A DNA stretch of 64,000 bases from Candidatus Tabaqchalia intestinavium (GTDB taxonomy: Bacteria > Bacillota > Clostridia > Oscillospirales > CAJFTT01). Positions 21,621-32,155 of the stretch are shown piece by piece; the stretch's first letter is position 1, and each line of letters begins with the position of its first letter. Under the pieces are notes generated by a model that ran no database searches, had not been told where the DNA came from, and saw only the letters and a program-made list of their open reading frames with translations. A program made the translations under genes and the position numbers. Location: the NCBI GenBank assembly GCA_904420005.1, contig CAJFTT010000042.1:13970-77969 (forward strand), read 5' to 3'.

Positions 21621-22379
21621 ATGGGAACTATCTGCTGCGTCAGTTTCAGCCCGACCGGAACGAGCAAAAACGTAGCATGTCAGATTGCACGGGAGTTGGA
21701 AGGCGAGAAAACCACCGTTGATCTGTGCGAAGCTCCCGCAAAAGACATCCAGTTTGGACGCAACGATCTCTGCATCTTTTCCGTGCCATGCTACGGAGGC
21801 CGGATCCCGCAGACTGCGGCGGCGAGGCTTTCCCGCCTGCACGGGGATGCGACTGCGGCGATTGTCTGCGTCACATTTGGAAACCGCGCGTTTGAGGACG
21901 CATTGCTGGAACTGGCGGATACAGTAGAGGCGCAGGGGTTTGCCGTGTTTGCCGGTGCGGCTGTCGCGGCAGAGCATACTATTATGCATATCTTTGGGCA
22001 GGGGCGCCCGGACGCGGCGGACCGGGAGGAGATTGCGGCGTTCGCGCGTCAAGCGGCCCGAAAGCACTGCGCCGGCGACAGCGTTCGGCCCGCGTTACCG
22101 GGCAATCGTCCTTATCGGGCGTGGCACGGCGGCAGCACCCCCATTTTGGTGAAGGAAGCGACCTGCAACCACTGCGGGCTGTGCGCGCAGCGCTGTCCGG
22201 TGGACGCGATTTCGCCCGACGGCAGCAGGACGGACGCGGGGCAGTGCATTGGCTGCATGCGCTGCATTCAGCAGTGCCCTACCGCGAGCCGATCCCTGCC
22301 GGCCGAGCATGTCGCGGCGCTGATCGCGCGGCTGGGGCCCGCGTGTGAAGGCAGGAAAGCGAATGCATTTTACTTATAA
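21621..22379 (+). CDS. Flavodoxin-like + 2x[4Fe-4S] ferredoxin fusion (EFR1 family)
   Basis: FSPTGTSKNVA, PCYGGRIP, FGNRAFEDALLEL; CNHCGLCAQRCP and CIGCMRCIQQCP. Confidence 0.88.
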   Translation: MGTICCVSFSPTGTSKNVACQIARELEGEKTTVDLCEAPAKDIQFGRNDLCIFSVPCYGGRIPQTAAARLSRLHGDATAAIVCVTFGNRAFEDALLELADTVEAQGFAVFAGAAVAAEHTIMHIFGQGRPDAADREEIAAFARQAARKHCAGDSVRPALPGNRPYRAWHGGSTPILVKEATCNHCGLCAQRCPVDAISPDGSRTDAGQCIGCMRCIQQCPTASRSLPAEHVAALIARLGPACEGRKANAFYL

Positions 22380-22506
22380 TGGCTATAACGGCGAACAACA
22401 CGGCAGGCGTTGTTTCCGGCACCAACCGGAGAATCTCGCAAGATGTGTGGAGAAGGCCGCTGCTTGCGGGTGAAATATGAAAATTTATAAAAATTCGAAT
22501 CGGGGG

Positions 22507-22535
22507 TTGACAAACTGGCACGAAGAGAGTATACT
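22507..22535 (+). promoter_or_regulatory. SigA promoter of the GSIII-gltB-gltD operon
   Basis: TTGACA-17 bp-TATACT. Confidence 0.85.
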
Positions 22536-22543
22536 CTCAACGT

Positions 22544-22772
22544 AACAACGGCAATGACGTCGCGGTAAGAAATTTCTGCTTCGTCGTTGTTTTTTTATTT
22601 CCCGGACAAAGCCCGGCAGCGATCGGCGGTTTTGCCAATGGAGGCGAAAATCGCTTGGCCGGAGGAACCGGAACGGTGCGGCCGATAGTCTGGGGAAAAT
22701 ATTCTTTTGTGAACAAGCGGCAAGGGCGTCGCGGGACAGTTGTCCCGAGGAGCCCCTGTCGCTTTATTTTTT
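22544..22772 (+). promoter_or_regulatory. Leader with three ANTAR-type hairpins and two overlapping intrinsic terminators
   Basis: CGGC-AATGAC-GTCG (22549-22562), GCC-AATGGA-GGC (22634-22645), CGGC-AAGGGC-GTCG (22718-22731); terminator stems AACAACGGC/GTCGTTGTT + T tract and AAGCGGCAAGGGC/GCCCCTGTCGCTT + T-rich tract. Confidence 0.78.
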
Positions 22773-22789
22773 ATCAAGGAGTTGTTTGT

Positions 22790-24886
22790 ATGAATGCGAT
22801 CACAAACCTGTTTGGCACGAACGTTTTCAACGACGCGGTGATGCGCGAGCGTCTTCCCAAGGAAACGTACCGGCAGCTGCAGCGCACAGTTAAAGAAGGC
22901 AAGCATCTGGACAATGCGGTCGCCAATGTCGTTGCCAACGCCATGAAGGATTGGGCCATCGAAAAGGGAGCGACGCATTTCACGCACTGGTTCCAGCCCA
23001 TGACAGGCATCACGGCGGAAAAGCACGACAGCTTTATTACGCCGACGGACGACGGGCGCGTCATTTTGGAATTTTCCGGCAAGGAGCTGATCCAGGGAGA
23101 GCCGGACGCGTCGTCTTTCCCCTCCGGCGGCCTGCGGGCGACCTTTGAGGCCAGAGGATATACCACCTGGGATCCCACTTCTTATGCGTTCATTAAGGGG
23201 AAAACGCTGTGCATCCCGACGGCGTTTTGCTCGTACGGCGGGGAAGCGCTGGACAAGAAAACGCCGCTGCTGCGCTCGATGGAGGCCATCAATCGGCAGG
23301 CGCTGCGCGTTCTGCGCCTGTTTGGCGACACGGCGGTGACCTCTGTCAAGACGACCGTAGGCCCTGAACAGGAATATTTCCTGGTAGAAAGGGAAATGTT
23401 TGAAAAACGCCCCGATCTGGTATTCACCGGCCGGACTCTGTTCGGCGCGCGGCCGCCCAAGGGACAGGAGCTGGACGATCATTATTTCGGCACCATCAAA
23501 ACCCGCGTGGCTGAATACATGGAGGACCTCAACGAAGAGCTGTGGAAGCTGGGCGTGCTGGCCAAGACGGAGCATAATGAAGTCGCGCCGGCGCAGCACG
23601 AGCTCGCGCCTATTTTCAGCACGACCAATATCGCCACCGATCACAACCAGCTGACGATGGAGCTGATGCAGCGCATCGCGAAAAAGCATGGCCTGGTCTG
23701 CCTGCTGCATGAAAAGCCGTTTGCCGGCGTCAACGGCTCCGGCAAGCATAATAACTGGTCGATCTCCACCAGCACCGGCAAGAACCTGCTGGATCCGGGC
23801 GACACGCCGCGGGAGAACGCGCAATTTTTGCTGTTTTTGTGCGCGGTTATCCAGGCGGTGGATGATTACCAGGATCTGCTGCGCGTGTCGGTCGCCTCGG
23901 CGGGCAACGACCATCGCCTGGGTGCCAATGAAGCGCCGCCGGCGATCGTTTCGATCTTCCTGGGGACGGAGCTGACGGAGATTCTCGACTCCATCGAAAA
24001 GGACGAACAGTACGGCACGAAGGAAAAAGAGCTGTGGAAGGTCGGCGTACATATTCTTCCGCGCTTCCCCAAAGACACGACCGACCGCAACCGCACTTCG
24101 CCGTTTGCGTTTACAGGTAACAAATTCGAGTTCCGCATGCTGGGTTCCAGCAATTCCATTTCGGGCGCCAACATCGTGCTCAACACCGCCGTGGCGGAGA
24201 GCCTCCGGCAGTATGCCGATGAGCTGGAATCGGCGGAGGATTTCAACAAAGCGCTGCATGATCTGATCCAGCGCACCATCCGGGAACACAAGCGCATCAT
24301 CTTCAACGGTAACGGCTACGATGAGGCGTGGGTGAAGGAAGCGGAGCGCCGTGGGTTGCTCAACCTCAAGACGACCCCGGAATGCCTGCCTTACTTCTGC
24401 GCGGAGAAAAATGTGCAGCTGTTCACGCAGCATCGCGTATTTTCCGAGACGGAGATCAACGCCCGCTGCGAGATTATGCTGGAGACCTACAGCAAGATGC
24501 TCAATATCGAGGCGCTGACCATGCTGGATATGGCCAATAAGGATCTGCTGCCGGCCTATTCGGCGTACGCCCGGCAGCTCAGCGAGGCGCTTCTTGCGAA
24601 GAAAGAGGCGGCGCCCGGCGTGGACTGCACGTACGAGGAAGAGCTGCTGCGCAAGGTTTCCGGTCTGTGCGGCGGTATGTATCAGAAAACCAAGGCGCTG
24701 GAAGCGACGCTGCTGGAGCTTGTCCATAAGGACTGCAGCGAGCTTGAGAAGGCTCAGTATTACCGCTCGGTGGTGTTTGGCGCCATGAATGAGCTGCGCA
24801 TTGTCGCCGACGAGCTGGAAAGCGTGACGGATCGCAAATATTATCCGTATCCCACCTATGGCGATCTGCTGTTCGGCGTGCGCTGA
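22790..24886 (+). CDS. glnN: Glutamine synthetase type III
   Basis: [101 protein letters not shown]; ATG 22790 after RBS AAGGAG. Confidence 0.96.
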   Translation: MNAITNLFGTNVFNDAVMRERLPKETYRQLQRTVKEGKHLDNAVANVVANAMKDWAIEKGATHFTHWFQPMTGITAEKHDSFITPTDDGRVILEFSGKELIQGEPDASSFPSGGLRATFEARGYTTWDPTSYAFIKGKTLCIPTAFCSYGGEALDKKTPLLRSMEAINRQALRVLRLFGDTAVTSVKTTVGPEQEYFLVEREMFEKRPDLVFTGRTLFGARPPKGQELDDHYFGTIKTRVAEYMEDLNEELWKLGVLAKTEHNEVAPAQHELAPIFSTTNIATDHNQLTMELMQRIAKKHGLVCLLHEKPFAGVNGSGKHNNWSISTSTGKNLLDPGDTPRENAQFLLFLCAVIQAVDDYQDLLRVSVASAGNDHRLGANEAPPAIVSIFLGTELTEILDSIEKDEQYGTKEKELWKVGVHILPRFPKDTTDRNRTSPFAFTGNKFEFRMLGSSNSISGANIVLNTAVAESLRQYADELESAEDFNKALHDLIQRTIREHKRIIFNGNGYDEAWVKEAERRGLLNLKTTPECLPYFCAEKNVQLFTQHRVFSETEINARCEIMLETYSKMLNIEALTMLDMANKDLLPAYSAYARQLSEALLAKKEAAPGVDCTYEEELLRKVSGLCGGMYQKTKALEATLLELVHKDCSELEKAQYYRSVVFGAMNELRIVADELESVTDRKYYPYPTYGDLLFGVR

Positions 24887-25145
24887 CGGCTTTCTTCAAC
24901 GGGAGAAGGATTTTTGTGCCGGAGACCGCAGCGAGAGTCTGGCGGCCCGCACGGACGGCGGTACCGGCGCTGTCCGAAGGGATGTCGGCGGGAGCCGTTG
25001 AACGGGGAATGATTTGAATCAGACGGGCGGAATGCGTGCGACGCTTCCCGGGTTCGGGAGGGTCGCGCGCGTTCCGCCGCAAACAGCCGCAGCGCGGAAA
25101 TTTCGCCGCGCGCTGCGGCAAATTGAGCAACTGGAGGGTATCGGA

Positions 25146-28100
25146 ATGCAACAGCAACAACAGGGCCTGTACCAGCCGTCGTTTGAGCACGACGCCTGCG
25201 GCATCGGCGCGGTCGTCCAGATCAAGGGGAAGAAGAGCCATCAGGTCGTGGACGACGCGCTGAAGATCGTTGAAAAGCTCGAACACCGCGCCGGAAAGGA
25301 CGCCACGGGCGAGGTCGGGGACGGCGTGGGGATCATGCTGCAGATCTCGCACCCGTTTTTTGAGAGCGTGGCGCAGGAGCATGGCTGCTTTCTGGGGAAA
25401 GAAAGGGAATACGGCGTAGGGATGTTTTTCTTCCCGCAGAATCGGCTCTTGCGCACGCAGGCGATGAAAATGCTGGAGGTCATCGTGCAGAAGGAGGGGC
25501 TGGAGCTTGCCTTCTGGCGCGAGGTACCCGTGCACCCGGAGGTTTTGGGCAAAAAGGCGCTTGACTGCATGCCTGCGATTTATCAGTGTTTCATCAAAAA
25601 GCCGAAGGATTTGCCCGCCGGCATCGCGTTTGACCGGCGGCTTTACGTGGTGCGCCGCACATTTGAACAGAGCGACAACGGCACGTATGTCGCGTCGCTG
25701 TCCAGCAGGACCATTGTGTATAAAGGGATGTTCCTGGTGCATCAGCTGCGGGAATTTTATGACGATCTGCAGGATGAACGCTATACTTCGGCGATGGCGC
25801 TGGTGCATTCCCGCTTTTCCACCAATACCAATCCCAGCTGGGAACGGGCGCATCCCAACCGGTTCCTGCTGCACAACGGCGAGATCAACACCATCCGTGG
25901 CAACGTCGACCGTATGCTCGCCCGGGAGGAAACGATGCATTCTCCTTTCCTGCAGGGGGACATGGACAAGATCCTGCCGGTCGTGGACGACAATGGTTCC
26001 GATTCCGCGATTCTCGACAATACGATTGAATTTCTCGTCATGAACGGGATGGATTTGCCGCTGGCCATGATGATCACCATCCCTGAGCCCTGGGACGGAG
26101 AGGAGAATATCAGCCGGGAGAAAAAGGACTTTTACCGGTATTACGCCACGATGATGGAACCATGGGACGGTCCCGCCTCCATCCTGTTTTCCGACGGCGA
26201 TCTCGTGGGCGCGACGCTCGACCGGAACGGGCTGCGGCCTTCGCGCTACTATGTGACGGACGACGACATGCTCATTCTCGCCTCCGAAGTAGGGGTGCTG
26301 GATATCCCGCCGGAACGCATCGTGCGCAAGGCGCGTCTGGAACCCGGAAAAATGCTGGCGGTCGATATGATGCAGGGCAGGATTCTTTCCGATGAAGAGC
26401 TGAAAAATTCTTATGCCCGCCGGCAGCCGTACGGAGAATGGCTCGACCGGAACGTGGTCAATCTCGCCACGCTTAAAGCGCCCAATCAGAAGGTGGAGAC
26501 ACATCCGCAGGCGCAGCGCGACAAGCTGTATAAAGCGTTTGGCTATACCTATGAGGATATCAAGACGGCGATTCTCCCCATGGCGCGGGACGCCAACGAG
26601 CAGACCGCTTCGATGGGGATCGACATCCCGCTTGCGGTGCTGTCCGACAAGCACCAGCCGCTGTTTAACTATTTTAAGCAGAGCTTCGCGCAGGTCACGA
26701 ATCCGCCCATCGACGCCATCCGGGAGAAGATCGTCACCAGCACCACGGTATACGCCGGCTCCGACGGCAATCTGCTCGAGGAAAAGCCGGAAAACTGCAC
26801 GGTGCTGCAGATCGACAATCCCATTCTCACCAGCGTCGATATGCTCAAGATCAAGGCGCTCGACCGCCCCGGACTGAAAACGGCCACCGTGTCGCTGCTG
26901 TATTACCGCAACACACCCGTGAAGAAAGCGCTGGATCGCCTGTTTGTGCAGGTGGATAAGGCCTATAAGAACGGGGCGAATATCATTGTTCTGTCCGACC
27001 GCGGCGTGGATGAGAATCACGTCGCCATCCCGTCCCTGCTTGCCGTGTCGGCTATGGAGCAGTATCTGATCCGCACCAAAAAGCGCACGGCTATTTCCAT
27101 CATCCTGGAAAGCGGGGAGCCGCGCGACGTCCATCATTTTGCGACGCTGCTGGGCTACGGCGCGATCGCGATCAATCCGTATCTCGCGCAGGAAGCCATC
27201 GAGGAACTGATTGAGAACAACATGCTCAACAAGGATCTGTATGTGGCCATTGCGGACTACAACAAAGCGATTCTCAGCGGCGTGGTCAAGATCGCTTCCA
27301 AAATGGGCATTTCCACGCTGCAATCGTATCAGTCAGCGCAGATTTTCGAAGCGGTCGGCATCAAGCAATCGGTGATCGATGCCTATTTTACCAATACGGT
27401 CAGCCGCGTGGAGGGGATCGGGCTGGAGGAGATCGATCAGGACATCCATGTCCGGCACGCGCATGCGTTCGACCCGCTGGGGCTGGGCGTGGATACCACG
27501 CTGGATTCTTCCGGCAGCTATCATCTGCGCAGCGGCAGGGATAAGGACGATCATCTTTACTCGCCCGAGGTGATTGTGGCGTTGCAGCAGGCGACGAAAA
27601 CCGGCAGCTATGAGAAATTCCAGGAGTATACCGCGATGGTGGACGACGAAACCCGGCCGCATACGCTGCGGGGACTGATGGATTTTGTTTTCGACGAAGC
27701 GGGCGGCGTTCCGCTGGAAGAGGTGGAACCGGCCGAGTCCATCGTGCGGCGGTTTAAGACCGGCGCGATGTCCTATGGCTCGATTTCCGAGGAAGCGCAC
27801 AAATGTATGGCGCTGGCGATGAACCAGCTCGGCGGCAAATCCAACTCCGGCGAGGGCGGCGAGCTGCCCGAGCGTCTGAATTCCGAATATGGCAGCGCCA
27901 TCAAGCAGGTGGCGTCCGGCCGCTTCGGCGTCACAAGCGAATATCTCATTTCGGCACGGGAGATCCAGATCAAGATGGCGCAGGGTGCGAAACCGGGCGA
28001 AGGCGGCCACTTGCCCGGCAAAAAGGTGTATCCCTGGATTGCGAAAACGCGCTATTCCACGCCCGGCGTGTCGCTGATTTCGCCGCCGCCCCATCATGAC

Positions 28101-29666
28101 ATCTATTCCATTGAAGATCTTGCGCAGCTGATCTACGACCTGAAAAATGCGAACCACAATGCGGATATTTCCGTCAAGCTCGTTTCCGAAGCGGGGGTGG
28201 GAACCATCGCCGCCGGCGTCGCGAAAGCGGGCGCCAGCGTCGTGCTCATTTCCGGCTATGACGGCGGCACCGGCGCCGCGCCGCGCAATTCCATCCACAA
28301 TGCCGGCATGCCCTGGGAGCTGGGGCTGGCGGAAGCGCACCAGACGCTGATGCAAAACGGCCTGCGTTCCCGGGTGCGGCTGGAAACGGACGGCAAGCTC
28401 ATGAGCGGGCGGGACGTGGCCATCGCCTGCCTGCTCGGCGCAGAGGAATTTGGCTTTGCGACGGCGCCGCTGGTGGTGATGGGCTGCCGGATGATGCGGG
28501 TATGCAACCTCGACACCTGTCCCTTCGGGATCGCGACGCAGAATCCCAAATTGCGGCAGCGGTTTGCCGGCAAGCCGGAATACATCGTCAATTTCATGCT
28601 GTTCATCGCGCAGCAGCTGCGCGAAATCATGGCGAAGCTCGGCGTGCGCACGGTCGACGAGATGGTGGGGCGGACCGACCTGCTCAGAAAGCGGGAGAAT
28701 TCCGCGGCGCCCCGCGGCGCGCTGGTGGATCTGTCGAGGATTCTGGCCCGGCCTTATCACGGCACCTGCCATTACCGGAAAGAGGACGCCTATGATTTTG
28801 CGCTGGAGAAAACGGTGGATGAGAGCGTCCTTCTGCCCAAGCTGCGGAAAAATCTCATGACAGGGGAGCCGGGAAAAGTGGAGCTGCGCGTTTCCAGCAC
28901 AGACCGGACGGTCGGCACGCGTTTCGGCTCCGAGGTGACGCGCCGGTTCGGCGGCAGCTTGCAGGAAGACACGTTCCGGATCTTCTGTCACGGCGGTGGC
29001 GGGCAATCCTTCGGCGCGTTTGTGCCACAGGGAGTGACGCTGATCCTCGACGGCGACAGCAACGATTACTTCGGCAAGGGGCTTTCCGGCGGCAAGCTGG
29101 TCGTTTCCCCGCCGAAGCGCAGCCGCTTTGCCGCCGAAGAGAATATCATCATCGGCAATGTGGCGCTGTATGGCGCGACCGGAGGCAAAGCGTTCATCAA
29201 CGGTATCGCCGGCGAACGGTTCTGCGTGCGCAATTCCGGCGCGCTGGCGGTGGTGGAAGGCGTGGGCGACCACGGCTGCGAATATATGACCGGCGGCACG
29301 GCGGTGATTCTGGGACCGACGGGCAAGAATTTCGCCGCCGGCATGAGCGGCGGCGTCGCCTATGTGCTGGATGCGGCGCATGACCTGTACCGCAAGGTGA
29401 ATAAGGAAATGGTTTCGATCGAGCCGCTCGCCGAACGGCACGACGTGGAGGAGCTGCGCCGCATTGTGACGGAGCATTATCAGAACACTTCTTCTGCGCT
29501 GGCCAAAAGGATTCTCATGGATTTTGACGCGTATGTCCCGCAGTTCAAAAAGATCCTGCCCAATGACTACCGGAAAATGCTTGCTGCCATTTCTTCTATG
29601 GAAAAAATGGGCATGAACCGGGCAGAAGCGGAGATCGAAGCGTTTTATCAGAACACGAGGGGGTAA
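25146..29666 (+). CDS. gltB: Glutamate synthase large subunit
   Basis: EHDACGIG Ntn Cys, HSRFSTNT, GAMSYGSIS, KMAQGAKPGEGG, CRMMRVCNLDTCP [3Fe-4S] motif, GXGXG domain; ATG 25146 after RBS GGAGG. Confidence 0.97.
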   Translation: MQQQQQGLYQPSFEHDACGIGAVVQIKGKKSHQVVDDALKIVEKLEHRAGKDATGEVGDGVGIMLQISHPFFESVAQEHGCFLGKEREYGVGMFFFPQNRLLRTQAMKMLEVIVQKEGLELAFWREVPVHPEVLGKKALDCMPAIYQCFIKKPKDLPAGIAFDRRLYVVRRTFEQSDNGTYVASLSSRTIVYKGMFLVHQLREFYDDLQDERYTSAMALVHSRFSTNTNPSWERAHPNRFLLHNGEINTIRGNVDRMLAREETMHSPFLQGDMDKILPVVDDNGSDSAILDNTIEFLVMNGMDLPLAMMITIPEPWDGEENISREKKDFYRYYATMMEPWDGPASILFSDGDLVGATLDRNGLRPSRYYVTDDDMLILASEVGVLDIPPERIVRKARLEPGKMLAVDMMQGRILSDEELKNSYARRQPYGEWLDRNVVNLATLKAPNQKVETHPQAQRDKLYKAFGYTYEDIKTAILPMARDANEQTASMGIDIPLAVLSDKHQPLFNYFKQSFAQVTNPPIDAIREKIVTSTTVYAGSDGNLLEEKPENCTVLQIDNPILTSVDMLKIKALDRPGLKTATVSLLYYRNTPVKKALDRLFVQVDKAYKNGANIIVLSDRGVDENHVAIPSLLAVSAMEQYLIRTKKRTAISIILESGEPRDVHHFATLLGYGAIAINPYLAQEAIEELIENNMLNKDLYVAIADYNKAILSGVVKIASKMGISTLQSYQSAQIFEAVGIKQSVIDAYFTNTVSRVEGIGLEEIDQDIHVRHAHAFDPLGLGVDTTLDSSGSYHLRSGRDKDDHLYSPEVIVALQQATKTGSYEKFQEYTAMVDDETRPHTLRGLMDFVFDEAGGVPLEEVEPAESIVRRFKTGAMSYGSISEEAHKCMALAMNQLGGKSNSGEGGELPERLNSEYGSAIKQVASGRFGVTSEYLISAREIQIKMAQGAKPGEGGHLPGKKVYPWIAKTRYSTPGVSLISPPPHHDIYSIEDLAQLIYDLKNANHNADISVKLVSEAGVGTIAAGVAKAGASVVLISGYDGGTGAAPRNSIHNAGMPWELGLAEAHQTLMQNGLRSRVRLETDGKLMSGRDVAIACLLGAEEFGFATAPLVVMGCRMMRVCNLDTCPFGIATQNPKLRQRFAGKPEYIVNFMLFIAQQLREIMAKLGVRTVDEMVGRTDLLRKRENSAAPRGALVDLSRILARPYHGTCHYRKEDAYDFALEKTVDESVLLPKLRKNLMTGEPGKVELRVSSTDRTVGTRFGSEVTRRFGGSLQEDTFRIFCHGGGGQSFGAFVPQGVTLILDGDSNDYFGKGLSGGKLVVSPPKRSRFAAEENIIIGNVALYGATGGKAFINGIAGERFCVRNSGALAVVEGVGDHGCEYMTGGTAVILGPTGKNFAAGMSGGVAYVLDAAHDLYRKVNKEMVSIEPLAERHDVEELRRIVTEHYQNTSSALAKRILMDFDAYVPQFKKILPNDYRKMLAAISSMEKMGMNRAEAEIEAFYQNTRG

Positions 29667-29671
29667 GAGAC

Positions 29672-31144
29672 ATGGGAAAGCCGACGGGTTTTTTGGAATA
29701 TGATCGCTGTGCGACGCCGGCCAGGGCGCCGCAGGAGCGCCTGAAGGATTTTGAAGAATTTCACAGCGCGCTGTCCGAAGAGGAACGCCGCCGGCAGGGC
29801 GCGCGCTGCATGAACTGCGGCGTGCCGTTCTGCCAGTCCGGCATGATGCTGCACGGCATGGCGACCGGTTGCCCGCTGCACAATCTCATCCCGGAATGGA
29901 ACGACGAGGTGTTCCATGGCAATACCTGGCACGCGCTGTCACGGCTGCTCAAGACAAACAATTTCCCGGAATTCACCGGTCGGGTCTGCCCCGCGCTCTG
30001 CGAGGTAGCGTGCCTGTGCGGCGTGGAGGATTCGCCTGTTACCATACGGGAAAATGAACTGGCTATCATCGAAAAAGGCTTTTCAGATGGATTCATGCAG
30101 CCGCGCGTGCCGGCGGTGCGCACGGAAAAGCGGGTGGCCATCGTCGGCTCCGGGCCGGCCGGGCTCGCGTGCGCCGATATGCTCAACCAACGCGGCCATC
30201 GCGTGACAGTCTACGAAAAAAGCGACCGGCCGGGCGGACTGCTGATGTATGGCATCCCCAACATGAAGCTCGACAAATCTGTGGTGGCGCGCCGGGTGTC
30301 GCTGATGCAGGAAGAGGGCGTCCGCTTTCTCACAAGCACCGACGTGGGACGGGATGTGTCGCCGCAGACGCTGCGGGAACAGTTTGACGCGGTGGTGCTT
30401 TGCTGCGGTGCGGGAAGGCCGCGCGACATCCAGACGGAAGGAAGAGAGGCCGCGCAGGGTGTTTATTTCGCGGTGGATTTCCTCACGCGCAATACCAAGA
30501 GCTATCTTGACGCCCGGTTTGCTGATGGGAATTTTATCAATGCGAAGGACAAACATGTCGTGATCGTCGGCGGCGGAGACACTGGGAATGATTGCGTGGG
30601 GACGGTGCTGCGGCATGGCTGCAAATCCGTGACGCAGCTCGAGATGATGCCGCAGCCGCCGCAGGCCCGCGCGGAGGATAATCCCTGGCCGGAATATCCG
30701 CGGGTGTGCAAGGTCGATTACGGCCAGGAGGAAGCGATCGCCGTGTTCGGTGAGGATCCGCGTCGTTACAGCACGACCGTCAAGCGGATTCTGACAGACG
30801 ACAGCGGCGCAGTCACGGCAATCCAGACGGTGAAAATGGCTTTTGACGCGCAGAACCGCTATGTTCCGGTTTCGGGCAGCGAGGAGGAGATTGCGTGCGA
30901 CCTGCTGCTCATCGCCGCGGGTTTCACGGGTTGCGAGCCGTATGTGCCGGAGGCGTTTGAAGTGCCGCTCTCTGCGCGGGGAACGGTACAGACCGCCGCA
31001 GGGCACTATGCGACAGAGGTCCCGGGCGTTTTCACAGCGGGCGATATGCATCGGGGCCAGTCATTGGTAGTGTGGGCCATTGCCGAGGGAAGGGAATGCG
31101 CACGGGAGGTCGACCGGTTTTTGGAGGGCTATTCTAACATGTGA
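29672..31144 (+). CDS. gltD: Glutamate synthase small subunit
   Basis: MGKPTGFLEY, RCMNCGVPFC, NNFPEFTGRVCPALCE, GSGPAGLA, GGGDTGNDC, RGQSLVVWAI. Confidence 0.96.
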   Translation: MGKPTGFLEYDRCATPARAPQERLKDFEEFHSALSEEERRRQGARCMNCGVPFCQSGMMLHGMATGCPLHNLIPEWNDEVFHGNTWHALSRLLKTNNFPEFTGRVCPALCEVACLCGVEDSPVTIRENELAIIEKGFSDGFMQPRVPAVRTEKRVAIVGSGPAGLACADMLNQRGHRVTVYEKSDRPGGLLMYGIPNMKLDKSVVARRVSLMQEEGVRFLTSTDVGRDVSPQTLREQFDAVVLCCGAGRPRDIQTEGREAAQGVYFAVDFLTRNTKSYLDARFADGNFINAKDKHVVIVGGGDTGNDCVGTVLRHGCKSVTQLEMMPQPPQARAEDNPWPEYPRVCKVDYGQEEAIAVFGEDPRRYSTTVKRILTDDSGAVTAIQTVKMAFDAQNRYVPVSGSEEEIACDLLLIAAGFTGCEPYVPEAFEVPLSARGTVQTAAGHYATEVPGVFTAGDMHRGQSLVVWAIAEGRECAREVDRFLEGYSNM

Positions 31145-31160
31145 TGGCACTATACAACAC

Positions 31161-31204
31161 AACAAAAGGAGGCAGGGATCACATGATTCCTGCCTCCTTT
31201 TGTT
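31161..31204. terminator. Bidirectional intrinsic terminator
   Basis: AACAAAAGGAGGCAGGGATC-ACAT-GATTCCTGCCTCCTTTTGTT between convergent gltD and the GNAT gene. Confidence 0.85.
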
Positions 31205-31217
31205 GTGGGAAACGTTT

Positions 31218-31733
31218 TCATGACTCTATGCCGAATTCTTTTGCATATACGATACTACCGTGTAACGGGGCCGCATCAGAGCACAGCTGGATCGCCAGGA
31301 AATTTTCTTTCGGTATTCCCGCTGGCGGCTTGACGCCGAGTTCTTCTGCCGGGCGGTAGCCAAAACGCGGATAATAAGTCTCGCTTCCCAAAACCAGCGC
31401 ATATGCGTAGCCTAGTTCCTGTGCAATTTGATGTCCACGCTGAATCAATGCTGTCCCGATCCCTTGTTTCTGAAAGCCGGGCAGCACGGCGAGCGGTGCT
31501 AGCACAAGCACTGTAGCATCCCCAACCTTGGCTTTTGTAAATAAAATATAGCCGGCGATACGCCCCTTCACTTCCGCAACCAACGACAGCTGCGGTACGA
31601 AAGCATCCCCGTTTCGCAGCGCAACGACTAAATCCTGCTCGTTTCCATCCTTGTGTTTCGCTGATGCAAACGCTTCTTTCAAGAGTTTGTAAACGGCTGC
31701 GTAATCTTTCGAGGTTTCCTGCCGAATCAACAT
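31218..31733 (-). CDS. GNAT N-acetyltransferase (YhbS-like)
   Basis: IRQET..D, LSLVAEV, LAPLAVLPGFQKQGIG, VLGSETYYPRFGY. Confidence 0.88.
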   Translation of the reverse strand: MLIRQETSKDYAAVYKLLKEAFASAKHKDGNEQDLVVALRNGDAFVPQLSLVAEVKGRIAGYILFTKAKVGDATVLVLAPLAVLPGFQKQGIGTALIQRGHQIAQELGYAYALVLGSETYYPRFGYRPAEELGVKPPAGIPKENFLAIQLCSDAAPLHGSIVYAKEFGIES

Positions 31734-32155
31734 GCGAACCCGCCCCTTTCAAATCATTATTGCATTTTTAGTTGTTTTGCTCTTTCTCCGCATTTCAAGA
31801 CGAAAACTGCCGGTTATTGCACTGCCGCTGCCTAGGCTCATAACTGGCAAGCTCAATCGGCTGGTATACAAGGCTGTTTGCTATTTAATGTAAGAAAAGT
31901 ATCCCGGCAAAAACTGCGATTTCTCTGGTTCTCTCAACTTACTATTTTTTAGTGTGACAGAAACCGATCCTTTTGTCAAATGAAAAAATGTTCGAAAAAA
32001 AGAAAATAAGCTTTTTTTATTCAAAAATGTGTGTTATACTAATTTCGTATAGAAAAGGATGCGGGTGGCACGCACGAAGTTTTGCAGGTATAGGATAACG
32101 CCGAAGCGCCTTGTATTGCATCTGAAGAAGGAACCTGAAAAGGACGGTGTGTTGC

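Noticed and set aside
22655-22789. N-terminal extensions given by the ORF track for GSIII (22655), gltB (25014), carA (17819), DUF951 (4809) and infC (35395)
   Set aside because: No RBS at those starts; they run through leader RNA or upstream genes, and homology plus RBS support the downstream starts.
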